DNA of 64,000 nucleotides from contig CAMRWU010000002.1 in the NCBI GenBank assembly GCA_947054505.1, positions 6,214 to 70,213 of the forward strand. Direction: 5' to 3'. Position 1 is the stretch's first letter. Every line of letters starts with the position of its first letter. Positions 32,429 to 41,866 of the stretch are shown here, piece by piece. Both the position numbers and the translations under genes were made by a program. Origin of the DNA: an uncultured Pseudomonadota bacterium (GTDB lineage: Bacteria > Pseudomonadota > Alphaproteobacteria > RF32 > CAG-239). The notes below the pieces were generated by a model that worked only from the letters and a program-made list of their open reading frames with translations, was not told the origin of the DNA and searched no databases.

Positions 32429-33280
32429 TTATGCTGCGACCTTCACCTCCGTTTCCTTGTTGGCAACTCTACCGAGTTCCCTGTCCAACTTCTTTTGAAC
32501 AGCATCAAAAATCATGTCATTGACTAAAGAGGTATATTTATGTTGATACAGTCTTCCGCCACTTCTCATGTACCCAGAATAAAAAGTATTCCGCAGCATA
32601 TGAAGCAATGTTCTTCGGCTGATTAAACTACCAGTAGTTGTATACAGAGGTAATGATTGAGCAATTTCAAGCAAATTTTTGATGCTGATTTCTGACCGTA
32701 AATAGGTATCAAATAGAAACTTAACTTTGTCAGCCTGTTCATCCGGCAGAATCCAAGGGCACCAACTTGGACGGCAATTTTTATATCCTATCGGTGCCTT
32801 GCCTGGGTAAAATCCATTCTCACGCATCGTTTGCAAAGCCTTTTTATCCTTTTCAGACTTGTCTGCAGAAAAATGCTCTGCTTTAGCAATCAACTCTCTG
32901 TATTCATATATATCATCCGCTGTAGAAAATAGTGAGATTACAATATGTTCTTTGACAAAGTGAATTTCGACTTTACCTGTTTGCACCAACTCGTCCAATA
33001 AACTCATGTGATTAAAGTTCCGGGCTAAACGGCTAGATTCCGACAAAACCAAAGCTACAGGCGTTACTTTTACTTGCTGGATTAAATCTAATATCTCATT
33101 AAATTTCGGACGTCTTTTAGTAAAGGCGCTTTCAATTGCTTGCTTATTTTGTATGATTTCAAAATTCTTACTTCGGCAATACTCTTTACAGATGGCTTCC
33201 TGTTCAGAGAGAGAGTTACCGATATTCTGCTTTACAGAAGAAATTCGGCACATAATTATTGCATTTTTAGCAAAATCCAT
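32429..33280 (-). CDS. serine recombinase, short (resolvase plus recombinase domains, no zinc-ribbon/coiled-coil)
   Basis: AIIMCRISSVKQ catalytic-Ser motif; 283 aa, lacking the C-terminal domains of the neighbouring 551-aa paralog. Confidence 0.65.
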   Translation of the reverse strand: MDFAKNAIIMCRISSVKQNIGNSLSEQEAICKEYCRSKNFEIIQNKQAIESAFTKRRPKFNEILDLIQQVKVTPVALVLSESSRLARNFNHMSLLDELVQTGKVEIHFVKEHIVISLFSTADDIYEYRELIAKAEHFSADKSEKDKKALQTMRENGFYPGKAPIGYKNCRPSWCPWILPDEQADKVKFLFDTYLRSEISIKNLLEIAQSLPLYTTTGSLISRRTLLHMLRNTFYSGYMRSGGRLYQHKYTSLVNDMIFDAVQKKLDRELGRVANKETEVKVAA

Positions 33281-34406
33281 CTCTATTTCCTTTCGTTAAA
33301 GTTATGATTTGATTTTCATTAATAGCTGCGGTTATGCCGTCCAAATCCGGCTGCAGCCAGTTGTTTTGCGGTTCGAGCCGGTTAATCAGCCGAAACAGTT
33401 CATAAATTGCCGGTGAAAAAGAGTTCCCCGCATGTAGCCGCAATTCTCGTTTGCCCATCGTCTTCAGTATCGTTACTAAACCGACAAGCTGCAGGGCTTT
33501 TAGAAACTTATATTTGGCATCCAGCAGACGCTTGAATAAATCTGCCGAATTTTCTTCGCTTAACTGCTGATATCTGACAGCCGCCAAAATTTCATTCCAA
33601 TAAACCAGCGTAATAGCTCGGCAAATTTGACTGCTGAAAAGATTTTGGAATGTCAGCTCCGGAACTGGAAGCCCCGCTTTGCTGATGGCTTGGCGGATAT
33701 TCTCAGAATTGCCTAACTGAATTTCAACCCGTAAATATTGGCTTGAGCCTAGGGCTGCCATATCAATTGTCTGGGCATTTTCGGAACTGACAGCCCGACT
33801 TTTACAATACCGGGCTTTTTGAATATCTTTGAGTTTATCGTAAATAACGACATTCCGGTGTCGGGCTAAAAAATGCAGCGAATGCCCTTCGTTTCGGTAT
33901 GACACCTTGGTACAATCGAGCCGACGGCTGATGTCAGCTTTGTTCAAATATTGTAAAATCACACAGGGTGCGACTTTAACCAAGACATTCTTACCAAAGT
34001 CAATCCTTACAACTTGTGCCGACCGCAACACTTGAGACGAAGCATCAACACCCATCTCGTGAAGCCGTAATGCCAAAATGCTGATGACATCTTCAAAGTC
34101 GGCATCGCAAACTTCTTCCAGATTGTTGGGCGGAAAATGCAGAAGTTTCGGTGTGGAAAATTCAATTTTCAACTTAACGCTGAAACCTCCGTGCCGCAGC
34201 ACGCTGCTTAATGACAGCCTAGGGTAGTAATGCTGTTGCTGCTCTTCACGCGTTGCAAAGTTATAGCAGGTCACAGCCTCCGCCCCTTGCATATCCCAGA
34301 GGATTTGCGGATTAGGCTTAAAACGCCCAAGCTCTGTTATTGTGATGTCCGTGTAATCGACCAGCAAAACGCAGGTATCACAGACATTTTTATTATTTGT
34401 GCTCAT
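33267..34406 (-). CDS. hypothetical protein, possibly a Rep_trans-like rolling-circle initiator/relaxase
   Basis: 379 aa with VVRIDFGKN resembling the RxDxAxD-type motif of Rep_trans initiators; this is inference only. Confidence 0.35.
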   Translation of the reverse strand: MSTNNKNVCDTCVLLVDYTDITITELGRFKPNPQILWDMQGAEAVTCYNFATREEQQQHYYPRLSLSSVLRHGGFSVKLKIEFSTPKLLHFPPNNLEEVCDADFEDVISILALRLHEMGVDASSQVLRSAQVVRIDFGKNVLVKVAPCVILQYLNKADISRRLDCTKVSYRNEGHSLHFLARHRNVVIYDKLKDIQKARYCKSRAVSSENAQTIDMAALGSSQYLRVEIQLGNSENIRQAISKAGLPVPELTFQNLFSSQICRAITLVYWNEILAAVRYQQLSEENSADLFKRLLDAKYKFLKALQLVGLVTILKTMGKRELRLHAGNSFSPAIYELFRLINRLEPQNNWLQPDLDGITAAINENQIITLTKGNRDGFC

Positions 34407-34584
34407 TGACAGACCTTCCTTTCATTTGAGCATTGATTAAAACTTCCAACTCAGGATTTTCCTGAGCGGCCTCATGTAATATCTTCAACAGAGCAACAAG
34501 ACTTTTGCCTGCATCGACAGCTTCATCCGCCGTCAAGTCAGGACAACACTTCAAAATCTCATTATTTAGCGCTTGGTAATTCAA
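34393..34584 (-). CDS. small hypothetical protein (63 aa), upstream of and overlapping the Rep-like gene
   Basis: ORF in operon arrangement (14-nt overlap). Confidence 0.35.
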   Translation of the reverse strand: MNYQALNNEILKCCPDLTADEAVDAGKSLVALLKILHEAAQENPELEVLINAQMKGRSVNEHK

Positions 34585-34759
34585 GACAGAGCTCTCCGTT
34601 GATGTTATTTACGGGGGCTCTTTACAAGATGATATTCTGAAAATTAACTATATTTAGAAAAAAAAGATAAAAAAAATCCTATAAATTCACATAATTACAA
34701 ATAGTTATGTATTTTATTTTTATAGGATAATATATATATTTTAATATGATAACAGACAT

Positions 34760-34793
34760 CAAAAAAACACTCTTTCATAAAAGAAAGAGTGTT
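34760..34793 (-). terminator. rho-independent terminator after the XRE gene
   Basis: ACACTCTTTC-ATAAA-AGAAAGAGTGT hairpin with a minus-strand T-run. Confidence 0.55.
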
Positions 34794-34812
34794 CTCCAAC
34801 TAAAGAAATACC

Positions 34813-35262
34813 CTAAGGCCTTTTCTTTAGGCGCTCATCCGATGGATAAAAGGCATCTCGGTTCGTACATTCTGGACTTGTTTTATACAAATTCCATGTA
34901 GCATATGTATTTGCCAATACTTGTAGCATAACTTTTAATAGTGCACTATCGCTTTTTTCTAACAAGCTCATAATTTTCCCTGTAGTAGTTGTTCTCTTTG
35001 GATATAATGATATTATGAACTCATCAAACTGATAATCTAAAGCTTCAGACAACGACATTAATGTAAGTAGACTTGCATCAACCTCGCCTTTTTCAATCTT
35101 GTAAATTGTATTAACATTCACATGAGATTTTTGAGCTAAGAGCTGCAACGAATATTTCTTTCTCTGTCGTAGTTCCGCTAATTTTGCCCCAATTTTCTTT
35201 ACTCGACCGATATATCTCTTTTTACGATATTCTCTTTGTTCTGATTTATATTTATTTGTCAT
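34813..35262 (-). CDS. XRE-family HTH transcriptional regulator
   Basis: helix-turn-helix LQLLAQKSHVNVNTIYKIEKGE. Confidence 0.65.
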   Translation of the reverse strand: MTNKYKSEQREYRKKRYIGRVKKIGAKLAELRQRKKYSLQLLAQKSHVNVNTIYKIEKGEVDASLLTLMSLSEALDYQFDEFIISLYPKRTTTTGKIMSLLEKSDSALLKVMLQVLANTYATWNLYKTSPECTNRDAFYPSDERLKKRP

Positions 35263-35474
35263 TTTATTGCCTTGCTTTAATGTTTATAAAATAGCAAAAA
35301 CCGTTTTCCTTTCAAAGTCAAATTATTAGAAATATTTCCCACAAAAAACAGCCCCGAATAAGAAATATCCGGGGCTGCTTAGTTTTAGTGATTTAACGCT
35401 TAAAATTTATACTTAGCGTTAATCAATCCTGTGTGGTCTTGGTAAACCACCTCAGATTTGAGGTGTTTATAACA

Positions 35475-36398
35475 TTAATATACTAATTCACTATTGCCGC
35501 ATAGGGCATCAGACATATAAACCGCTCCCAAGACACTTCGGTTGGTATAATCTTGGTTATCTAAGGGGTTATTTTCATTTTTGCTATAATATTCAGTCGG
35601 CACCAACTTACCACCTCGTTGCTCAAAATTGATTCTAAAAATATCAGATACTTTAATTATTAGGGCAGAACCTTTAACCGAAAATGAATAATTTTCTTGT
35701 TTACTAAATCTGTTATCTGCCATTGATAATAATGACATACCGATAATGACATCCTCAATTTTGCAGTCCTTTTTAACCAAACTTTCAACTGGCATTCCAA
35801 TCATAGATGGCGCAGACTTTTTAAATCTGCCATACAATTTCGACTTATTAAAAGTTTTCATAAATTCAGCTTTTTGTTTCGTGTAATTTTGTTCGATTTT
35901 CAGTTTATGCCGAAGATTTCCGGCCATCCAGGCCTTAATCTCTCCATGAGCCCAGTAGCTCTTTAACTTTGTCGTTTTTTCCCTGTCTTGAATAAAATCA
36001 TTTTTTAAACAAAAACCGGCGACTTCATTCAATATTCCATAACTATCATAAGTTTCGCCATCCCTTTCGCTCAAGTCTTTCATTTTCTTATCGCGATAAA
36101 AAACAGAGGGCATTTCAAGATAGCTATTGATTACAAGATTAGCTTGCGGGATATTGACTGAGGACAAACCATTTCTTGTTTTAAGCTTATCATTCACATT
36201 CAGAATTTCTGTTTCCAGTTTTATAAGTTTATCCCAATCATAATTTTCCACATACTTATTCTCAAAGCTTTTGCATCTTCCCACGCCTAATAATTTTTTT
36301 GTGGGAATGCTAAATTGACTAAAATAGGCTCCCTGTTTCTCATCATTAATTATGGCGCAACCGCTAAGCATAAGCATTATCATTAAAAACTTTTTCAT
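35475..36398 (-). CDS. hypothetical lipoprotein
   Basis: lipobox MLMLSGCAI; no recognised domain. Confidence 0.5.
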   Translation of the reverse strand: MKKFLMIMLMLSGCAIINDEKQGAYFSQFSIPTKKLLGVGRCKSFENKYVENYDWDKLIKLETEILNVNDKLKTRNGLSSVNIPQANLVINSYLEMPSVFYRDKKMKDLSERDGETYDSYGILNEVAGFCLKNDFIQDREKTTKLKSYWAHGEIKAWMAGNLRHKLKIEQNYTKQKAEFMKTFNKSKLYGRFKKSAPSMIGMPVESLVKKDCKIEDVIIGMSLLSMADNRFSKQENYSFSVKGSALIIKVSDIFRINFEQRGGKLVPTEYYSKNENNPLDNQDYTNRSVLGAVYMSDALCGNSELVY

Positions 36399-36413
36399 AG
36401 TCCTCTCCTCTAA

Positions 36414-36914
36414 TTATTCATAATCTTCAACGCCGTTCTCTGTCATTCGATAGTATAAAACACCATCTCTGGCCTTGCCATCGACATCCCAGAACAACGC
36501 TTCAATACTGGCACAATTAGTTTCTTCCAAATCCAAATCTGCCCCAACTTCTACCCTTTGTTTATCACCGTTGTTAGCATCTTGAATAAACTCTCTTAAA
36601 ACAAACTGGACACTCCGCCCCCCTTGAGGAAAGCAAAACCTTCTATAAACAGTTGTCTTATATACATCTCTGATTGAATAAACATCAGTTATTATTTCTG
36701 CATAAATTGGCCTGTCATTCCGCACGCCATCCATCTTTGTACATTGGGTTTTAATGCTTGAAACAACTTCTTTTCCATCACATGCCGAAATATAGTTAGC
36801 CTCAGGAATTTCAAAACCATACTGCTCATGGTAAGCACCATACACAGCAAAAATTATGACCATTATTCCTACAACATAAAGAAATTTATGCCAAAGATAT
36901 TTTAGTTTTTCCAT
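36414..36914 (-). CDS. hypothetical membrane-anchored protein
   Basis: 166 aa with a single N-terminal TM helix. Confidence 0.45.
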   Translation of the reverse strand: MEKLKYLWHKFLYVVGIMVIIFAVYGAYHEQYGFEIPEANYISACDGKEVVSSIKTQCTKMDGVRNDRPIYAEIITDVYSIRDVYKTTVYRRFCFPQGGRSVQFVLREFIQDANNGDKQRVEVGADLDLEETNCASIEALFWDVDGKARDGVLYYRMTENGVEDYE

Positions 36915-37329
36915 TTAGTTTCTCCCTTTTTCTAATTCTAACAAAAATAAAAGTCGCCAAAGTTCCATGGCGACCGGGAGTTAGTAACTGCACTATAACA
37001 GCATGATGCTTTTGGCATAATGCTTGGACATAACATCATCTCCCGGTCATAAAAACCGGAAGAAGTGTTTTTTGATTTCGGTCTGCCTTCTAAAATCTCA
37101 GACCGTATAGTGAAGAGGTTACTACGCCCCAGTCCGACAATCGAACCAGTTTTATATTAGGTTAAACCGGGAAAAAAAGTCAAAGAATTTTTTTTAATAT
37201 TCAAGTCCGTCAACTCATTATATAATTTTAGTTTTATAATGAGTCCTTATTTTTTAAGCGTTGTAAGACTTTAAGCCTGGACTTTTATTTTATACTCATT
37301 ATAATTTATTACATAAATTCAATAACATA

Positions 37330-37947
37330 ATGAGTTTGAGGCAAAAAATGGCACTTAATAAACAGGCAAAAATCCTCACGCCAAAGCAGCAGGAACTGAC
37401 ATTGAGCTATTTGGAACGGACAAGATATCCGCTCCGCAACAAAATTATTTTTATGCTTAGTTACAAGGCCGGATTGCGGGCAAAGGAAATAGCGAATCTA
37501 AACTGGCTGATGGTTTGCGACTCGGAAGGAAACTTGAGCCGAGAAATTAACCTTATTAATAAGGCATCCAAAGGTAAACAATCTGGTCGGATTATTCCGT
37601 TGCATAAAGATTTGGCGGTCTTATTAGCGGAATTGCTAAGCAGACAACAGAAGAATAAGCATTTTAATTTGACGAATCGGATTATTACGACAGAACGCGA
37701 CAATAAGACCAGCCCGCAGGCAATCGTCAATTTCTTTTATAATTTATATAAGGAAATCGGGTTTGAAGGCTGCTCCTCGCATAGCGGCCGCAGAACCTTC
37801 ATCACCACTGCTGCTAAAAATATCAGCCTTGCCGGCGGAACCTTAAACGATATCCGCATGTTGGCCGGACATTCCACCCTTGCTACCACCCAACGCTATA
37901 TTGAATACAATACCGATGCACAGAAGAAAATTGTGGAGATGGTTTAA
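37330..37947 (+). CDS. small tyrosine recombinase (catalytic domain only, FimB/FimE-sized)
   Basis: box I R (AGLRAKE), HSGRRTF, and GHSTLATTQRYIE with catalytic Tyr; only 205 aa and no N-terminal arm/core-binding domain. Confidence 0.7.
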   Translation: MSLRQKMALNKQAKILTPKQQELTLSYLERTRYPLRNKIIFMLSYKAGLRAKEIANLNWLMVCDSEGNLSREINLINKASKGKQSGRIIPLHKDLAVLLAELLSRQQKNKHFNLTNRIITTERDNKTSPQAIVNFFYNLYKEIGFEGCSSHSGRRTFITTAAKNISLAGGTLNDIRMLAGHSTLATTQRYIEYNTDAQKKIVEMV

Positions 37948-39071
37948 GAAGAACGCATACAAGATGGTGATGAAACTACAACACATCCATCAAATTTTAA
38001 ACCATATATTCCATTTTTGAATTTTTGATGTTCTTCCGTTGATGCTTGATTATCCCATAAAAAAGCAACAAGTTTACATTTTTCATATTCTTCAGATGCT
38101 GTATATAGAGTTTTGTCCGCAGCTAATTCTTCAGTCAAATCAGCAAATGTTTTTGCTTTACCTTTTCTATATTTCACCTCAATTATCAAATGAAGTTCAG
38201 GAATATAAAGATCAGCTCTAGGATTCTTATGCCCCTGTTGTGGAAGATTGATTTCTTTTTGTATTCTCGGAAAAATTGGTGCCAGCATCACATACAATAA
38301 ATTTTGAACATGATATTCATTTTCTATAAGCCATTTTACAGGTGGACTGGTTTTTGTTTTGGGTTTTTCTTCCCAAGTCCAGCAATTCAATCCCATCGAA
38401 ATATTTTCCATAAAGGAAATTAAATTTTCCAAACTCCAATTATTCGCTGGAACCGTTGCTTGTTCTTCTGAAATATGATTAAAAATATAAATTAAAGCAG
38501 CTATTAACCACACAGAAGAAATATCCTCTACCTTAGTATATATCTTCCAGAACTCTGCAATGCAAAAATCTTTCAAATCCGTCTGTAATTCATATAGCCC
38601 TTTGTAATGCAGTAATAAAAGCACGACAGGAGAAGAAACTTTATTTGAAATATCCTCATTCAGCACAAATTTTGCCAAAGTTTCTTCATGTAAATTGAAT
38701 TTTTGTTTTTTAACTGCAAATCTTAAAAAATTTTCAATCCAGCTATTGAAGGCTCCTATTAAAATATCATTTTTTGATGCTGCTACAGCTAACTTAATTC
38801 CCAATAAACCAATAACATCATAATGCCATGGCATAGGCACTCCATCAATTTCTGCAGCACATTTAAATAATCGGCTTAATTTTTCTTGATTACAAATGCC
38901 ATTAAATCCATTGATTGCACACTCATAAAAGTCTGCATCATTAAAAACATTTTGTGTACTCAATCCTAAATATTTTACAAAGGCATCTACATTAGTATTT
39001 GTTCCACAACCTTGGATAAGCTTCTCATTAAGATACTCTTTAATATGATAGTTATTATTTACAGAAACCAT
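37944..39071 (-). CDS. pAgo-associated protein with C-terminal PD-(D/E)xK-like nuclease motif
   Basis: 375 aa; C-terminal ENEYH...RADLYIPELHLIIEVKYRKGK gives an E...D-x11-E-V-K arrangement typical of restriction-endonuclease-fold nucleases; 13-nt overlap with the upstream pAgo gene. Confidence 0.5.
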   Translation of the reverse strand: MVSVNNNYHIKEYLNEKLIQGCGTNTNVDAFVKYLGLSTQNVFNDADFYECAINGFNGICNQEKLSRLFKCAAEIDGVPMPWHYDVIGLLGIKLAVAASKNDILIGAFNSWIENFLRFAVKKQKFNLHEETLAKFVLNEDISNKVSSPVVLLLLHYKGLYELQTDLKDFCIAEFWKIYTKVEDISSVWLIAALIYIFNHISEEQATVPANNWSLENLISFMENISMGLNCWTWEEKPKTKTSPPVKWLIENEYHVQNLLYVMLAPIFPRIQKEINLPQQGHKNPRADLYIPELHLIIEVKYRKGKAKTFADLTEELAADKTLYTASEEYEKCKLVAFLWDNQASTEEHQKFKNGIYGLKFDGCVVVSSPSCMRSS

Positions 39072-41257
39072 TTAGCCCTTCCTGTCTTTTGAAATAAGCA
39101 GCTATTATCCCATTTGGGTAATTGATTTAACCAGCCTAAACTATAAGCAATTAAATTTGAATACATTATTGTAACTGGTAATGGTGCTACAAAATAACTT
39201 CTCCAAGAATGAGCCGAAAAATTAAATATTTGATTGCTCAGATATTTAATATCCTTAAATGTAGAATCTTTATGAACACTTGCATAAACACATTGAGGGT
39301 GGCCATCATTAGTTTTTTTAAGTTCTGCACCCCCTGTTAAACATAATAACATGGCATAATCTGAAATTTTAAAATACTGTCCCCTAGTTGGTGCCAAACA
39401 TCCCTTGTTTTCATTATCCCTATTTGTATCAAAAGTTTCCCATAAATGTTCTTTCGATAATTTTACAAATGCATATTCAATATTATACTCTTTGAATTTC
39501 TTTATAACATCTTTTACTGCTTCAATTTCATATCCATTAAACTCTTTTACCATAGAGTGAAAGACAATTCTGATAGTATCACCTTCTACCCAACTCATCG
39601 ATGCTTTAACTTTATCAATTGTAGTTTCCAAAACATTTGCTAGTTCGTCTTTATATCCATCAGGAAAAACCGCATTAGATTTTCCAGTAAGAATATATTG
39701 ACCGCTACCGCTAAATACTGTTGTTATTCCCATAACTCTATTTTTTCTGGTATTCTGCTCGCCTTCAGAAATAAATGCACTACCAATTCCTATTACCAAC
39801 TCATGTACAACGGTTGGTATTGATTGCAATAACCAAGGGACACCGCCCATTTTTGCATATGTAGCTAAAGCCATATTATTTAATGAATATCCTAAGGTTA
39901 TATCATTTTGTTGAAGTGTCTCTATTGTAAAATCCTGAACCGGTATATCACGAGCCATCAACATTGATTTTGCGGTAAAATAAGGATTATCCTTGACATT
40001 CAAATCTTTAAATGATTTTTCAATTTGAACCAATGCTAGATCCCATAATTTCTCGCCAGCCTTATATTCCAAAGCATTTTCAATGGCTTTTTTATATCCT
40101 GCAGGTGTATTTGATGCAAATGTAAATATTTTAACAGTACTTCGGCCAATTCCAAATTTTCCTTCTAAACCATTACTAAAATATTTATGTTCATTAATTC
40201 CACTCAGAAATTTACGAACAAATTGTTCAACTTCTCCTTGCCTTGATTCTGAACAAATTACACATATCGCAGGGTTATTTCTGTCAAAGTGAGCTTTTGT
40301 ATAAGGGCCAAATTTTTTCAAACCATATTCTATTCCTGTTGCAATAGAACTATTTGCAAATGTAAATTGCGGTTTTTCAAAATTATTTATTTTAGAAGTG
40401 ATATTAAAAAGTTCCTCAATTTGGATTCCATTATTTTCAAAAAATTGAGATTTTTTAAGAAAATTTGCAAAAGCTTTAATCTTGCTAAATTTGTTTTTAC
40501 CGTTACTAAAAGCGGAAACAGCATTATACAACTTCTCGTTTATTTTTTGAGCAGATGTCCTATACAAAAGACTCAAATAATCTTTAATATTTTTATAGCT
40601 TGGTATCAAAAAAAGGCTATCTGAAGCATAATTCTGGCTATCGCCATTTGTTTCACAAATAATATTATTTCCTTCATAGCTTTTAATTTTTCCAACTTTT
40701 TTTCTTTCACCATTAGGTAAATTTATATAAGCCTTTCTTCCGATTAAATTAAAACCTTTAGAATAAAAATAATTACATGGATAGCTTGTCTGATATCTAA
40801 CGGAGGTATCAACTAAAATGCAGGTCTCATTCTCAATTTCCCGAACATCAATCAAGTACGAAGGAAGTGCCGCAAAAGGAAAATCAGTATTTAAAACTTT
40901 TTTTATAATGTCTTCCTCAGACTTAGAGCTAATAAGGCAAATCGGATTAAAACCCCAAGCCTTATTTTTTCCAGCGTTATCAATAGCTTTTTTTATTGCA
41001 TATTTTATTAAAACTTTTCTAAAATCACTATATTCTTCATCCGTAATATCAATCTCTTTTACCCACTCTTGTAATTTGCTATCATATTGCTGTTCAAATG
41101 AAAAACCTAATATTTCCATACCTTTATGTCGATAAAATATGACAGATTTATATTTTACTTTCAATTCATTAAATAAATCATCAGAATATTTTAAAACACA
41201 AATAGAAAATTTTGTTTGTTTTAATTTAACTGGGCATCCATTCAAATAAATTGCCAT
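39059..41257 (-). CDS. prokaryotic Argonaute (pAgo), catalytically inactive PIWI (long-B-like)
   Basis: 732 aa; PIWI signature YAKMGGVPW then VIGIGSAF in place of GxDV(S/T)H (D to G), RIVFHSM in place of the RDG motif, and IMYSNLIAY in place of the YYA(H/D) motif. Confidence 0.7.
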   Translation of the reverse strand: MAIYLNGCPVKLKQTKFSICVLKYSDDLFNELKVKYKSVIFYRHKGMEILGFSFEQQYDSKLQEWVKEIDITDEEYSDFRKVLIKYAIKKAIDNAGKNKAWGFNPICLISSKSEEDIIKKVLNTDFPFAALPSYLIDVREIENETCILVDTSVRYQTSYPCNYFYSKGFNLIGRKAYINLPNGERKKVGKIKSYEGNNIICETNGDSQNYASDSLFLIPSYKNIKDYLSLLYRTSAQKINEKLYNAVSAFSNGKNKFSKIKAFANFLKKSQFFENNGIQIEELFNITSKINNFEKPQFTFANSSIATGIEYGLKKFGPYTKAHFDRNNPAICVICSESRQGEVEQFVRKFLSGINEHKYFSNGLEGKFGIGRSTVKIFTFASNTPAGYKKAIENALEYKAGEKLWDLALVQIEKSFKDLNVKDNPYFTAKSMLMARDIPVQDFTIETLQQNDITLGYSLNNMALATYAKMGGVPWLLQSIPTVVHELVIGIGSAFISEGEQNTRKNRVMGITTVFSGSGQYILTGKSNAVFPDGYKDELANVLETTIDKVKASMSWVEGDTIRIVFHSMVKEFNGYEIEAVKDVIKKFKEYNIEYAFVKLSKEHLWETFDTNRDNENKGCLAPTRGQYFKISDYAMLLCLTGGAELKKTNDGHPQCVYASVHKDSTFKDIKYLSNQIFNFSAHSWRSYFVAPLPVTIMYSNLIAYSLGWLNQLPKWDNSCLFQKTGRAKWFL

Positions 41258-41377
41258 ATTTCAGCTTTCAGACAGTATTAAATAAATTTTGCAAAAAGAC
41301 TACAAATCAAAAAAAGGTAGCCTATATTGAATACTTAGGAATTTTTTTATTCTGTATCAAGAGCTAAAAGTATTTTT

Positions 41378-41650
41378 TTATAAATTTTTACTACTTAGCA
41401 TATTTTTATCCGCTCTTTCAAAAATGGCACCTAAGATTTCAAGGTTTTTAATCGTAGCTTTTAATATCTTGTTTTGCATTGCACGGAGCGTATAAAAATT
41501 TTTGCTTTTGTTTGATTCCATTGTTTTGACAATCATTTCAACTTCCAAGCCTGTATAGCAACGCATTATTCGCGTAAACGGATTACTGAAATGCTTTAGT
41601 GCATAATTTAATGCCGTATTGTCCAGACAAATATAAAAGTCCTTAATCAT
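41378..41650 (-). CDS. small hypothetical protein (90 aa)
   Basis: ORF in AT-rich island DNA; no recognised domain. Confidence 0.3.
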   Translation of the reverse strand: MIKDFYICLDNTALNYALKHFSNPFTRIMRCYTGLEVEMIVKTMESNKSKNFYTLRAMQNKILKATIKNLEILGAIFERADKNMLSSKNL

Positions 41651-41698
41651 TTTTATTATTTCCTTCTGCTGTTGGCTATATAATAAAAATATTGAGCA

Positions 41699-41866
41699 CT
41701 AGCCTTTTTCTATTGTCATCATCTGCCGCAAATCGTCATCCATGCCGTTAATAATAAGGTACATTTCCGCTAATTCCTGTTCATATTTTTTCCTAAGGTC
41801 ATAAACCTTGGTCAGCCAGAGTTCAAAAGTCGTCAGAAATGGCGATTTTTTCTTTTTATCAAGCAT
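41699..41866 (-). CDS. small hypothetical protein (55 aa; not in the ORF track)
   Basis: ATG-initiated ORF MLDKKKKSPFLTTFELWLTKVYDLRKKYEQELAEMYLIINGMDDDLRQMMTIEKG, read by hand. Confidence 0.25.
   Translation of the reverse strand: MLDKKKKSPFLTTFELWLTKVYDLRKKYEQELAEMYLIINGMDDDLRQMMTIEKG

Noticed and set aside
39059-41257. Possibility that the pAgo is a catalytically active slicer
   Set aside because: The positions aligned by eye to the DEDX tetrad read G (GIGSAF), HSM (for RDG) and N (MYSN for YYAH), so an inactive PIWI is the better call.
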